Shown here one piece after another: positions 15,770 to 25,381 of a stretch of 64,000 bases of DNA. The notes beneath the pieces are model-generated. The model was not told the DNA's origin and did not search any database. It saw only the letters and a program-made list of their open reading frames with translations. Both the position numbers and the translations under genes were made by a program. Source of the stretch: Myxococcota bacterium (GTDB lineage: Bacteria > Myxococcota_A > JAVEVO01); the NCBI GenBank assembly GCA_034005005.1, contig JAVEVO010000002.1, positions 4,389 to 68,388 on the forward strand, in the 5' to 3' direction. The first letter of the stretch is position 1; each line of letters opens with the position of its first letter.

Positions 15770-18373
15770 GTGATCGTGGATTTCGCGCACACGCTCTTTC
15801 CCACCGCACGCGCCCTGGCCCGCACCCGGAGCCGCCGATCGGTCGCCTGGGGCCTCGCCTCACTGCTGTTGCTCGCCGGGAACCCCGCGCCAGCCCGCCC
15901 CCTGGCCGGCGTCGTGCGCTGCGCGCAGACGGGCCAGCCCATCGCGGACGCCACGGTGCAGGTGGAGGGTGGTGACGGCCGGGCCCGGACCGCGGCCGAC
16001 GGGCAGTTCACCCTGGAGGTGCCGGAAAACGAGGCGCTGCGCCTCTCCGCGGCCGCGCCCGGCTTCTTGCCGGCCTGGTCCCCGGCCCTGCCCCCCGACT
16101 TCACCGGCCCCCTGGAGCTCCGGCTCCCGCCGCAGCCCACCGACCCGCTGTTCGCCACCGTCGTCACCGCGACCCGGGCGACCAGCGGGCGCACCCCCGC
16201 GACCTTCACCAACCTCGACGCGGCCGAGCTGCAGCAGCGGAGCTGGGGCCAGGACCTCCCTATCCTCCTCGAGAGCCAGCCGGGCGTCTTCGCGACCTCG
16301 GACGCGGGCAACGGCATCGGCTATACGACCCTGCAGCTCCGGGGCTTCGACGCCCGCCGGGTGGGGGTCCAGATCGACGGGGTGCCCCTGAACGACCCCG
16401 CGGAGCAGCTCGTCTACTGGGTCGACGTCCCGGACCTCGCGTCCTCCCTGCAGGACGTCCAGGTGCAGCGAGGGATCGGCTTTGCCGGCACCAGCCACTT
16501 CGGCGGCACCATCAACCTGGTCACCGACGACGCGGCCCTGACGCGCCGCTTCGAGCTGACCACCGGCCTCGGCAGCTTCGGCACCTTCCGCAACGCCCTG
16601 CGCCTCGGCTCGGGGCTCGTCGACAACAAGTACTCGATCTCCGGGCGCTTCTCCCGCGTGGTCTCCGACGGCTACCGGGAGCGCAGCGGCAGCGAGCTCT
16701 GGGGGTACTTCCTGACCGCCCGCCGCTTCGGCCCGAGCTGGTCTCTGCGGCTCACCACCTTCGGCGGACAGGAGCAGACCCGGCTGGCCTTCAACGGCAC
16801 GCCCGCGTCCCTGCTGGCGGCGGGCGAGCGGCGCCTGAACCTCGACGACTACTACGCCGCACCGGACAGCCCGGCCAACACCTACCCAAAGAGCCTCGAC
16901 CACTTCCAGCAGCCCCACACCCAGCTCAGCGTGGAGTGGCGCCCCTTGCCCGAGCTGGAGCTGCGCACGACCTTGTACGTGATCCAGGGGCGCGGCTGGT
17001 ACCAAGGTTACAAGGCCGACCGGGACCTGGCCGACTTCGGCTTTCCGGACAGCGATGCGGAGTCGGACCTGATCCGCCGCAAGCACGTCGCGAAGCTCGA
17101 GCTCGGCACGGTCGGCCAGGCCGCCTGGCGGCGGGAGGCCCTCGGGCTGACCCTCGGCTGGAGCCTCGACTGGCTGAGCTCGGACCACTGGGGCGAGCTG
17201 CTCTGGATCGCGGCCCCCCCCGCCCAGGACGGCTGGCCCGATGACTACTACCGCTACACCGAGGAGAAGACGACCCTGTCGACCTACCTCGACGCGGAGT
17301 ACCGGCTGCTCTCCAGCCTGCGCCTGCTCGGCGAGCTGCAGCTCCGCCACGGCAGCTTCGCGTTCCGGCACGCGGACGCCGGCAGCTTCGGCCCGGCCGA
17401 GCGCTACGAATTCACGGACGCGCGCACCCTGCTCAACCCCAAGCTCGGCCTCCTGTACGACCTCGTGCCCCGGCCGGCCGCCGCCGGGGGCGGGAGCGCG
17501 CCGGCCGCCGCCACGACCCTCCGGCAGGGCGAGCTGTACCTGCTCGTCGGCAAGAGCGGCCGGGAGCCGGCGGCCGACGACTACTGGGACGCGTGGCAGG
17601 GCCCGGACGATCGCGGGGCCGCGCCCCTCTTCCGGACCTTCACCGCCAACGAGGAGCGGGTCCAGGCCACCGGCTCCCGGCTGAACACGGAGACCTTGCT
17701 CGACGTCGAGCTCGGCAGCCGCTGGTCCCTTCGTCCCGATCTTCCCGGCCTGCGCTCGCTGAGTGCAACCTTGGCCCTGTACTGGATGGACTTCCGCAAC
17801 GAGATCCTCACCGCGGGCGGCGTGGACGACGATGGCAACCCCGTGAAGGGCAACGCCAAGCGCTCGATCCACCGGGGCCTCGAGGGCAGCTTGCGGCTGA
17901 TGCCGTGGCGCGGGCTGGCCCTCACCGGCAACCTGACCCTGGCCGACAACGTCGCGGTGGACCTGATCCAGCGGACCTGGGACGAGGAGGGCCAGGTGGT
18001 GCAGCTCGACCGCGGGGGCAACCCCCTCCCGGGCACACCCGTGACCCTCGCCAACCTCGGGCTCGCCTGGTCCGTCGGCCCCGCCACCCTGGAGCTCACG
18101 GGCAGCCACACCGGGCGACGCTACCTCGACCTGAGCGGCTTGGCCGAGCGCAGCCTCGACCCCTACTTCCTGCTGCACGCCGGGGCCCGGCTCGAGCTGG
18201 AGCGGCGGCTCGGGCTGGAGCGGCTGCAGCTCGCCCTGACCGTGCGCAACCTGCTGGACACCCCCCACGAGACCCACGGCTGGTGGGACGAGTGGTACGG
18301 CGACGGCGGGGAGGCGATCCTCTTCCCCGGCGCGCCCCGGCAGGTGCACCTGAGCCTGACCCTCGGGCTTTAG
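15770..18373 (+). CDS. TonB-dependent outer-membrane receptor with N-terminal carboxypeptidase-regulatory-like domain
   Basis: Signal peptide, then a CarbopepD_reg-like segment (VRCAQTGQPIADATVQVEGGDGRARTAADGQFTLEVP). The plug domain reads …QDLPILLESQPGV…GYTTLQLRGFDARRVGVQIDGVPLND…. A long beta-barrel follows. The GTG at 15776 may be the true start (GGAGG 5 nt upstream). Confidence 0.85.
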   Translation: MIVDFAHTLFPTARALARTRSRRSVAWGLASLLLLAGNPAPARPLAGVVRCAQTGQPIADATVQVEGGDGRARTAADGQFTLEVPENEALRLSAAAPGFLPAWSPALPPDFTGPLELRLPPQPTDPLFATVVTATRATSGRTPATFTNLDAAELQQRSWGQDLPILLESQPGVFATSDAGNGIGYTTLQLRGFDARRVGVQIDGVPLNDPAEQLVYWVDVPDLASSLQDVQVQRGIGFAGTSHFGGTINLVTDDAALTRRFELTTGLGSFGTFRNALRLGSGLVDNKYSISGRFSRVVSDGYRERSGSELWGYFLTARRFGPSWSLRLTTFGGQEQTRLAFNGTPASLLAAGERRLNLDDYYAAPDSPANTYPKSLDHFQQPHTQLSVEWRPLPELELRTTLYVIQGRGWYQGYKADRDLADFGFPDSDAESDLIRRKHVAKLELGTVGQAAWRREALGLTLGWSLDWLSSDHWGELLWIAAPPAQDGWPDDYYRYTEEKTTLSTYLDAEYRLLSSLRLLGELQLRHGSFAFRHADAGSFGPAERYEFTDARTLLNPKLGLLYDLVPRPAAAGGGSAPAAATTLRQGELYLLVGKSGREPAADDYWDAWQGPDDRGAAPLFRTFTANEERVQATGSRLNTETLLDVELGSRWSLRPDLPGLRSLSATLALYWMDFRNEILTAGGVDDDGNPVKGNAKRSIHRGLEGSLRLMPWRGLALTGNLTLADNVAVDLIQRTWDEEGQVVQLDRGGNPLPGTPVTLANLGLAWSVGPATLELTGSHTGRRYLDLSGLAERSLDPYFLLHAGARLELERRLGLERLQLALTVRNLLDTPHETHGWWDEWYGDGGEAILFPGAPRQVHLSLTLGL

Positions 18374-18377
18374 CCGG

Positions 18378-19850
18378 GTGAGCCTCCTCGACCGCCTGGT
18401 GATCCTGGCCTACCTCGGGGCCACCCTGGCCCTCGGGCTGGGGCTGGGCGCGTCCTGGCGCCGGCCCGCCCCGGGAGGCAACGACCGCGAGAGCTACCTG
18501 CTCGCGGGGCGACGCCTCAGCCTGCCCGCGTTCGTCGCCGCGCTGGTCTCGAGCTGGTACGGGGGCGTGCTCGGGGTCGGCGAGTACACCTTCAGCTACG
18601 GCATCTCCAACTGGCTCGTCTTCGGCGTGCCCTACTACCTGGCCGCGTTGATCTTCGCCCTGCTCCTGGCGGGGCGGGCCCAGCGGGCGCGGGTCCTCAG
18701 CCTGCCCGAGCAGCTCCGCCAAGCCTACGGCAGCGGCGCGGGCGCGCTCGCCGCGGGCGTGGTGGTGGCGACGACCCTGCCCGCCGCCTACCTGCTCACC
18801 GTCGGCCTGCTGCTCGGGCTGGCCTTCGACCTCCCCCTCTGGCAGGGGGTGCTCGCCGGCGCCCTCTTCGCGGTCGTCCTCAACTGGGCCGGCGGGCTGC
18901 GCTCGGTGGTGCGCAGCAACCTGCTGCAGTTCGGGCTGATGTACGGCGGCTTCGCGATCCTGCTCGGCTCCCTGATGCTGGAGCACGGCGGGCTCGGCTT
19001 CCTGCGGGCGAACCTCCCCGCGAACCACCTCACCTGGAGCGGCGGCCGGCCCCTGCAGGCCATCCTGGTGTGGTATCTGATCGCGCTGGCCACCCTGGTG
19101 GAGCCGACCTTCTACCTGCACTGCTTCGCGGCGAAGAGCCCCCAGGTGGCCCGGCGCGGGCTGCTGATCTCCATCGTCGCCTGGTGCGGTTTCGACGCCT
19201 TGACCACCTTCAGCGGACTGTACGCGCGGGCCCTGCTCGATCCGACCCTGGGGCTCTCCGCGGAGGCCTATCCCCGCCTTGCGGCCCAGACCCTCCCCCC
19301 CGGCCTGCTCGGCCTGTTCTACGTGGCCCTGTTCTCCACGGTGCTGTCCACCATCGACAGCTACCTCTTCCTCTCCGCCACCTCCCTCGGCCCGGACCTG
19401 CTCGGGCAGCTCGGCGACCGCTGGCGCCGCTGGCGACGGACCGCGGCGGGGCCGACGACCGCCAGCGCGACGGCCCCTCCCTCCCCAGCGAGCGGCGACG
19501 GCCAGCGCCGGCTCACCCGGGTCGGCCTGCTGCTCTCCGCCGGGCTGGCCTCGGGGATCGCGCTGGTCGCCCGCTCCGTGGTCGATATCTGGCATGATTT
19601 CGGGACGATCGGCACCGCGACCCTGCTGGTCCCCGCGGTGGCCTCCTTCTTCCCCCGCCTGCGCCTCTCCCCCCGGGGGGCCTTGCTGGGCATGGCCCTG
19701 ACCCTGCCCGTCGCCCTGGTCTGGACCCTCAGCCGCCGCTTCTCGACCACGGGCGAGCACCTGCTCGGCGTCGAGCCGATCTTCCCCGCCCTGGGGCTCG
19801 GGTTGCTGGTCTGGGGGATCGACCGGCTCCGGGGCCGGCGCACACGCTGA
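18378..19850 (+). CDS. Sodium:solute symporter (SSF) family transporter
   Basis: Start is 4 nt after the TonB receptor stop, so probably same operon. Protein MSLLDRLVILAYLGATLALGL…SYLLAGRRLSLPAFVAALVSSWYGG… has a 12-13 TM SSF pattern. Confidence 0.8.
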   Translation: MSLLDRLVILAYLGATLALGLGLGASWRRPAPGGNDRESYLLAGRRLSLPAFVAALVSSWYGGVLGVGEYTFSYGISNWLVFGVPYYLAALIFALLLAGRAQRARVLSLPEQLRQAYGSGAGALAAGVVVATTLPAAYLLTVGLLLGLAFDLPLWQGVLAGALFAVVLNWAGGLRSVVRSNLLQFGLMYGGFAILLGSLMLEHGGLGFLRANLPANHLTWSGGRPLQAILVWYLIALATLVEPTFYLHCFAAKSPQVARRGLLISIVAWCGFDALTTFSGLYARALLDPTLGLSAEAYPRLAAQTLPPGLLGLFYVALFSTVLSTIDSYLFLSATSLGPDLLGQLGDRWRRWRRTAAGPTTASATAPPSPASGDGQRRLTRVGLLLSAGLASGIALVARSVVDIWHDFGTIGTATLLVPAVASFFPRLRLSPRGALLGMALTLPVALVWTLSRRFSTTGEHLLGVEPIFPALGLGLLVWGIDRLRGRRTR

Positions 19851-19858
19851 GGTCGTCT

Positions 19859-21139
19859 TCAGCCGCAGCCGCCGACGACCTTGGCCCGGGCCTGGATCGT
19901 GACCTTGCGGGGGTAGGTGTGGGTGGGCCAGACCGGGGGGGCATTGACCGGATCGACGCCCGGCATGCCGCAGAAGTAGGGCAGCACTTCCTTGCACGCG
20001 CAGTCGGGATGCGCCGCGTAGGCCCGCTGCCCGACCGCCCGGCGGAAGCGGTAGCCGAACTCTTCGTTCCCGGAGTCTTTTTCGGCAAGACAGGTCGAGG
20101 GCGGGTACTTGGCCAGCCAATTCGCGTAGCCGCCCTCGATGATGTAGAGGTTGCCCACCCCCGCGGCGCTGAGGGTCTTGAACAGCCCGACCGCCGCCGC
20201 CTCGCCCCGGCCGATGAGCAGCACCGCGGTGCTCGCCTCCTGGGCCTTCAGCTTCTGGAGGAGGGCCGGCGCGAGGGGCCGATCGGGATCGACGCGCAGG
20301 GCGCCGTAGAGATGGAAGACGTTGTACTCCCGCTCAGACCGCACATCCAGGACGATGGTACTAACGCCACCCTGCTTGCGGAGGTCGGTCAGCTCGGCCG
20401 GATGGATGAAGACGGAGCGGTCGGCCAGCCTCTGCTCCGTGGCCGCCGCGATCCACTGCCAGCGATCCGCGAGATCGGGCTGCCCGAGCACGGCGACGAG
20501 CAGGGCGACGCCGAACAAGGCGCCGCCACCGATCCGGACGAGACGGGGTACGGGCCCCCGCACGACGCCGAAGCGCCGCTCCGCGAGCTCGGCCAGGGCG
20601 AACGCCCCCACGGCCATGCCCACCAGCCCGAGCAGCACGACGCCGGCGTCGACGCCGAAGAGGTCCATGAGGGTGAAGCGGCCGAGGTGGCTGCTGTGAT
20701 AGAAATCCTCGAAGTTACCGACAGTTTCGCCAAAGAGCAGGGTCCCCAGCCCGACCCCGACGAGGAAGACCATCCCGTCGATCTTCAGGGTGCTGGCCGC
20801 GACGAGGCTGGTCCCCGGGCAGAAGCCGCCGATGATGAAGCCGACGCCCCCGATCAACCCGCCGACGATGCCGGGCCAGAGGTAGGTCGGGTTGACGAAG
20901 ACCCGATCGAAGTCGAGCAGCTCCAGGCTGCAGGCGAGGAAGATCAGGAGGCTGGCGACGACGATACCCGTGAACATGACCTTGAGCACGGTCATCTCGT
21001 GCAGGTAGAACTGCGCGGCCAGCTTCCGGCTGTCGCCGAAGCCCGAGAGCTCCAGCACCACGCCGAAGCCCAGCCCGATCGCGAAGAAGATCAGGAACTG
21101 GGCGAAGCCGCCGAGCACGTGGACGTCGAAGGGAGCCAT
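19859..21139 (-). CDS. YeeE/YedE-family sulfur-compound transporter domain fused to C-terminal rhodanese domain
   Basis: Sulf_transp-like N-terminus (…GGVGFIIGGFCPGTS…) and rhodanese-like C-terminus (…TIVLDVRSEREYNVFHLYGALRV…). AGGAGG RBS upstream of ATG 21139. Confidence 0.8.
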   Translation of the reverse strand: MAPFDVHVLGGFAQFLIFFAIGLGFGVVLELSGFGDSRKLAAQFYLHEMTVLKVMFTGIVVASLLIFLACSLELLDFDRVFVNPTYLWPGIVGGLIGGVGFIIGGFCPGTSLVAASTLKIDGMVFLVGVGLGTLLFGETVGNFEDFYHSSHLGRFTLMDLFGVDAGVVLLGLVGMAVGAFALAELAERRFGVVRGPVPRLVRIGGGALFGVALLVAVLGQPDLADRWQWIAAATEQRLADRSVFIHPAELTDLRKQGGVSTIVLDVRSEREYNVFHLYGALRVDPDRPLAPALLQKLKAQEASTAVLLIGRGEAAAVGLFKTLSAAGVGNLYIIEGGYANWLAKYPPSTCLAEKDSGNEEFGYRFRRAVGQRAYAAHPDCACKEVLPYFCGMPGVDPVNAPPVWPTHTYPRKVTIQARAKVVGGCG

Positions 21140-21149
21140 GGTCTCCTCC

Positions 21150-21677
21150 TCAGGTCCACTGCTTGCGCAGGGAGTAGGCCAGCAGGTACCCGCCGGCGAA
21201 CACCGCGAACATGAACGCGAAGCTACCGACCGAGAGCACCGCGCCGCCGCTGAGAGCCTGGCCCGAGGTGCAGCCCCGGGCGAGCCGGGCGCCGTAGCCC
21301 ATCAGGGCGCCGCCGACCAACGCGAGGAGGAGGCGGGTCCCGGCCTGGACCCGCGGGCCTCGCCGCAGCTCGAGCTTGAAGCGCCGGTTGAAGAGGCCGC
21401 TCAAGGCCCCGCCCAGCATGGTGCCGAAGAGCATGAAGACCGAGCTGTGATCGAAGGGGTTGCGGCTGCCGCCCGCGGTCTCCGCGAGGCCCGCGACCCG
21501 GTCGACGTGGTCCGGCGCGGCCAGGGCGACCAGACCCGACTGCACCCGGCTGATCGCGCCCGAGGCGCCCAGCCCGCCGCCCGTGACGAAGAAGGCTAGA
21601 AAGAGCACGACGCCCAGCAGACAGCCTCCCAGGTAGGGGTTCAGGTAGGGTCGCGGCCCCCTGGCGTCGTCAGACAT
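21150..21677 (-). CDS. YeeE/YedE-family membrane protein (second half-transporter)
   Basis: …YGARLARGCTSGQALSGGAVLS… is the Sulf_transp motif. ATG 21677 (MSDDARGP) with AGGAGG 6 nt upstream is preferred over the GTG at 21692. Confidence 0.75.
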   Translation of the reverse strand: MSDDARGPRPYLNPYLGGCLLGVVLFLAFFVTGGGLGASGAISRVQSGLVALAAPDHVDRVAGLAETAGGSRNPFDHSSVFMLFGTMLGGALSGLFNRRFKLELRRGPRVQAGTRLLLALVGGALMGYGARLARGCTSGQALSGGAVLSVGSFAFMFAVFAGGYLLAYSLRKQWT

Positions 21678-23907
21678 CACCGCCTCCTTCACCGGGCGCG
21701 GGCCCTTCGTCGAGGATGTCGTAGCCCGTGATCATCGCCCGCAGGTTGCTGCCGAGGGTGTGCCCGGTGGTGATCAGGTACAGGTGCGCCACCACGAAGG
21801 CCAGCAAGGCCCAGGAACCGAGGTTGTGCAAGGGTGCGATCAGGTACAGCCCGGGCAGGTCGACGGCCAGCCCCGGCTGGCGGCCGGTCAGCCAGATCAG
21901 GATCCCCGTGACCACCTGGAAGGGGATCAACACGTTGAGCAGCATCAGGTAGGTCACCTGCTGCAAGGGGTTGAGGTGGCGCTGCGGGGTGCGGGGCAGC
22001 GGATGGGGCGCGCCCACGAAGATGCCGTGGAGATAGAAACGGGCCTGGCTCAGGACATCCCGGAACAGGGTCGGCCCCCGCGGGATGAACTGCCGGATGT
22101 CGGTGGTGACGAGGTGGTAGAACAGGCTGAGCACCGCATTGACGATCAGCACCAGGGCGAGGGCGTTGTGCAGCCGCACCGCGTGGGCGAACCCGAGCAA
22201 CGGGAAGCAGTCGACGAAGTGCACCTCGAGGCCCGTGAGGAGCAACAGCACGATGCTCGCCGCCATCAACCAGTGCCACAGCCGCTGGTAGCGGGTGTAC
22301 AGGTAGACCTGCCGGTTGGGCCCGTGAGTTGCCGGACGACGTCGCCGGGTCACGAAGCGCACCAGGCCGTGCACGAAGATGCCGGCGAAGGCGAGGAGGA
22401 ACAGGCCGAAGCCGGTCCGATCGGACCAGCCCTCCCGGCTGTGCCCGAAGATGTAGACCGTCGCCGTGGCCGGCGGCTCGTAGACCAGCTCACGGGCTGG
22501 ACCTGGCAGCAGACGCCCCCCGGCGAGGGGCCCCGTGGAGGGGAGCTCCAAGCGCAGACCCGGAGGGAGGGCCCCGACCAGGGGGATGGGCAGCGCCAGG
22601 CGGCCCTGCTCCCCGTGGCAGCGACCGCAGGCCATGGTCGCGCCGGCCCGCTCCTGGGTGCCATGGTGCAGGCCGTGGGCCTCGACGCTGCCAGTCAGCC
22701 GCGGCTGCGTGACCCCCTGCTGCCGGAGCAAGTCTGCGACCAGCGCGACCTTGGCCTCCGTGTCGAGGTGCTGCTCCGGCGCGGCCAGGCGCCCGTCGTG
22801 ATCGGTGTCGAGCTGGGCCAGGAGTGCAGGCTTGTAGCGCCCGCGCTCCAGCAGGGCCGCGGCGAGGGTCGTCAACGGCACGTCCCCGCCGCTGGCCGCA
22901 TCCTGCCAGCCGAGCAGCGTGACCAGGTTGAAGGGCCGCCAGCGAGGATCCCCGCCATGGGCCGAAGGGACGGGGAGCAAGGCGGGCGAGAAGGGCGAGG
23001 TGAGGCGGACGTTGGGGGAGACGCCCGGGTCCAGGGGCTGGTTGTGATAGGTCACCAGCGCACTGCCGGTCTCCATGACCAAGGTCGCATCGATCACCGC
23101 AACCGTAGGACCAAAGCTCTCGGGGGCATGGCAGGTCGAGCAGGCGACCCGCTCGAAGTGACGCTTGGGGTAGGGCAGCTCGGGGTGGACGGCCAGGGGC
23201 TCGTGGCAGCTCGTGCAGGGGGCGGCGCCGAGCCGGTGGTCGGGCCGCACCAGGTAGCTGCCGAGGCTCACCTGACGGGGATCCCGCTTCAGATGCGGTA
23301 GGCCGGCCCCCGGACGTGAGCGGGCCGGGTGGTTGGCCGACCGGTGGCAGTCGGTGCAGGTGAGCAAGCGGGCCGCGTGGATGTCGAAGGGCCGGTCGAG
23401 GCCATCCTTGCCCACCAGGTTGAGGTGGCTGGCGGCCATCTGCTGGGAGGAATAGACCACGCCGCTGGCCTTGGTCAGCGAGTGGTGGTCCTCGATGAGG
23501 GCCGTCGGCGTCCAGTCGTAGTCCTCGGGGAGTGCGAGGGGCCAGGGATCGGTGTGCACCAGGCCGTGACAGCGACCACAGCGGCTCGTGGTGGGTGCGG
23601 AGAGGTCGATCTCTTCCCGCACGAGCCGCCCTTGCTCGTCGAGCTGCTTTTCGCCGATGTCCCAGGGCTGGTCACGGTGGCAGACGGAGCACTCGAGACC
23701 AGGATGGCTGTTGTGTTGCTCGATGTACGCGACGTCGTGGCACTGGCTGCAGGTCGCGGCCTCCGAGAAGACCCCGCCCTGCTCGAGGAGGGACCCGCCC
23801 TCCTCGTTGCGCGCCACGAAGGTGGGGTGCAGGGGGTTGGGCGCGGCGAGGGCCAACGACGGCAGCAGCCAGAGGAGGAGCAGAGGAAACGGGCCACGCA
23901 CGCTCAT
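21670..23907 (-). CDS. CbcL-like fusion: periplasmic multiheme c-type cytochrome (7+ CxxCH) plus C-terminal diheme cytochrome b (HydC/FdnI-like) membrane domain
   Basis: Signal peptide MSVRGPFPLLLLWLLPSLALA. CxxCH motifs: CSQCH, CSVCH, CGRCH, CTDCH, CTSCH, CSTCH, CGRCH. C-terminal cytochrome b (PF01292-like) helices with conserved His (…YTRYQRLWHWLMAASIVLLLLTGLEVHF…APLHNLGSWALLAFVVAHLYLI…). Confidence 0.8.
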   Translation of the reverse strand: MSVRGPFPLLLLWLLPSLALAAPNPLHPTFVARNEEGGSLLEQGGVFSEAATCSQCHDVAYIEQHNSHPGLECSVCHRDQPWDIGEKQLDEQGRLVREEIDLSAPTTSRCGRCHGLVHTDPWPLALPEDYDWTPTALIEDHHSLTKASGVVYSSQQMAASHLNLVGKDGLDRPFDIHAARLLTCTDCHRSANHPARSRPGAGLPHLKRDPRQVSLGSYLVRPDHRLGAAPCTSCHEPLAVHPELPYPKRHFERVACSTCHAPESFGPTVAVIDATLVMETGSALVTYHNQPLDPGVSPNVRLTSPFSPALLPVPSAHGGDPRWRPFNLVTLLGWQDAASGGDVPLTTLAAALLERGRYKPALLAQLDTDHDGRLAAPEQHLDTEAKVALVADLLRQQGVTQPRLTGSVEAHGLHHGTQERAGATMACGRCHGEQGRLALPIPLVGALPPGLRLELPSTGPLAGGRLLPGPARELVYEPPATATVYIFGHSREGWSDRTGFGLFLLAFAGIFVHGLVRFVTRRRRPATHGPNRQVYLYTRYQRLWHWLMAASIVLLLLTGLEVHFVDCFPLLGFAHAVRLHNALALVLIVNAVLSLFYHLVTTDIRQFIPRGPTLFRDVLSQARFYLHGIFVGAPHPLPRTPQRHLNPLQQVTYLMLLNVLIPFQVVTGILIWLTGRQPGLAVDLPGLYLIAPLHNLGSWALLAFVVAHLYLITTGHTLGSNLRAMITGYDILDEGPAPGEGGGDV

Positions 23908-25322
23908 CGTCTGCCTCCGACCCCGGCCGGGTCCGCGTCGTAGCCGAGGGCCGCCCAGTCCAGCCGGCCGCCAGCACCATGGCAATCGGCGCAGGCGAGG
24001 GCCTGCCCGGCCTGGCGCACCAGGTGGTTGAGGGGCCAGTACATCGCGGTGGCGACGAAGCCGTACTGCCCGCTGTACGCGAGGCCGGCCTGCTGGGCCC
24101 CCTGGCGGAGCGCGCCGTCCCAGTCGAAGGTCGTCCAGTACCCGGTCGGCCCGGTGGTCTGCGGGGTGAGCAGGTGCTCGTGCTGGAGGTCGTAGGGCTG
24201 CTTGCCGCGGTGCACCTTGAAGGGATAGATCTTCGATTTCTTGTCGCCTTTGGCGCCGAGGGGCGGATTCAGCTCAGTCGTCCTCGCGGGATCGACGGGG
24301 TCACCAGCGAGGTATCGCCCCGTGCGACCATCCCACCAGCGGTACTCGGGGACCAGGCTCTGGCCGTAAACGAACGCGCCCTTCTTCTTCTGGTACTGGT
24401 GTTCGTCCTGGGGACGCGTGCCGTCGCCGGCCTGGCTCCAGTCCCAGGCGAGCTTGGTCGGGGCGAGGTGCGCGTGGGTGGGGATGTGGCAGGTCGGGCA
24501 GGCCACCGCGGCGAGGTGGGTGTCGAGCCGGGCGTCCTGGTGCCGGTGACGCTGGTGGCAATCCTCGCACGCGAGGCTGTGGGCACGGTCGACGCTCACC
24601 GCGATGGAGCGGCCCCGGAGCGCGTGCTCCCGGCCGCCGTGGCAGTCGATGCAGAGCATCCCCTGCAGCCCCATGTGCACATCGTCCTTGGCCTGGGGAG
24701 TGGTCAGCCCCGTGTTCAGGTCACCGTGCTTCACGCCCATGCCCCCGCCGCCGAAGAAGTGGCAGACACCGCAGTTGTCGAGGCGGGGGTAGCCGACCGA
24801 GCGGGCCACAGCCCGCAGATCGGTCCCGGGGACGGGCAGCCCGGCGTCACCCTTGAGGTAGCTGCCGGACCAGTCGTGGCAGACCAGGCAGTCGACGTTC
24901 TCCTCCCTGGTGAAATCATAGCGACCGTCCCGCCAGCCGTAGCCCGCGTGGCACTTGGTGCACATCGTCTCGTTGCTGGTGATGCCGATGCAGAAGTTGT
25001 TGATCAGGTTGCGCTTGCCCACGGCGTGGATGCCGGTGCGGCCCGGGATCTCTGCTGGCGGGGCCAGCCAGGTGAAGTGGGTGCTCCCCAGCAGTTGCCG
25101 GCCGGCGTTCGGGTGGCAGCGCAGGCAGGCCCGGGTCACCTCGGGCCCCTCCTGAAACGGCTGGTCGAAGAAGGAGGAATGGTCGAGGTGGGCGCGATGC
25201 CCGGGGGTCGGGGGACGGGAGGAGGCCGTTGGCCGCCAGAGCCCCCATCCGGCCAGCAAGAGGCCCCCGGCCGCGACGAGCGCGAGCAGGGAGAGCAAGA
25301 GTCGCTTTTTCGTCAACGCCAC
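23904..25322 (-). CDS. Octaheme c-type cytochrome, tetrathionate-reductase (OTR) family-like
   Basis: Signal peptide and eight CxxCH motifs (CLRCH, CTKCH, CLVCH, CGVCH, CIDCH, CEDCH, CPTCH, CADCH). GTG start at 25322. ATGA overlap with the downstream CbcL-like gene. Confidence 0.7.
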   Translation of the reverse strand: MALTKKRLLLSLLALVAAGGLLLAGWGLWRPTASSRPPTPGHRAHLDHSSFFDQPFQEGPEVTRACLRCHPNAGRQLLGSTHFTWLAPPAEIPGRTGIHAVGKRNLINNFCIGITSNETMCTKCHAGYGWRDGRYDFTREENVDCLVCHDWSGSYLKGDAGLPVPGTDLRAVARSVGYPRLDNCGVCHFFGGGGMGVKHGDLNTGLTTPQAKDDVHMGLQGMLCIDCHGGREHALRGRSIAVSVDRAHSLACEDCHQRHRHQDARLDTHLAAVACPTCHIPTHAHLAPTKLAWDWSQAGDGTRPQDEHQYQKKKGAFVYGQSLVPEYRWWDGRTGRYLAGDPVDPARTTELNPPLGAKGDKKSKIYPFKVHRGKQPYDLQHEHLLTPQTTGPTGYWTTFDWDGALRQGAQQAGLAYSGQYGFVATAMYWPLNHLVRQAGQALACADCHGAGGRLDWAALGYDADPAGVGGRR

Positions 25323-25381
25323 CTCCGGGGGGCGAATTGTCGTCTACGCTCGACCCGGAAGGCGATAGCAGACCGCACAGC

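Noticed and set aside
15370-15770. Cobalamin riboswitch upstream of the TonB-dependent receptor
   Set aside because: No B12-box (GCCACTG) or cobalamin-riboswitch core. The sequence instead matches the TPP THI-box consensus.
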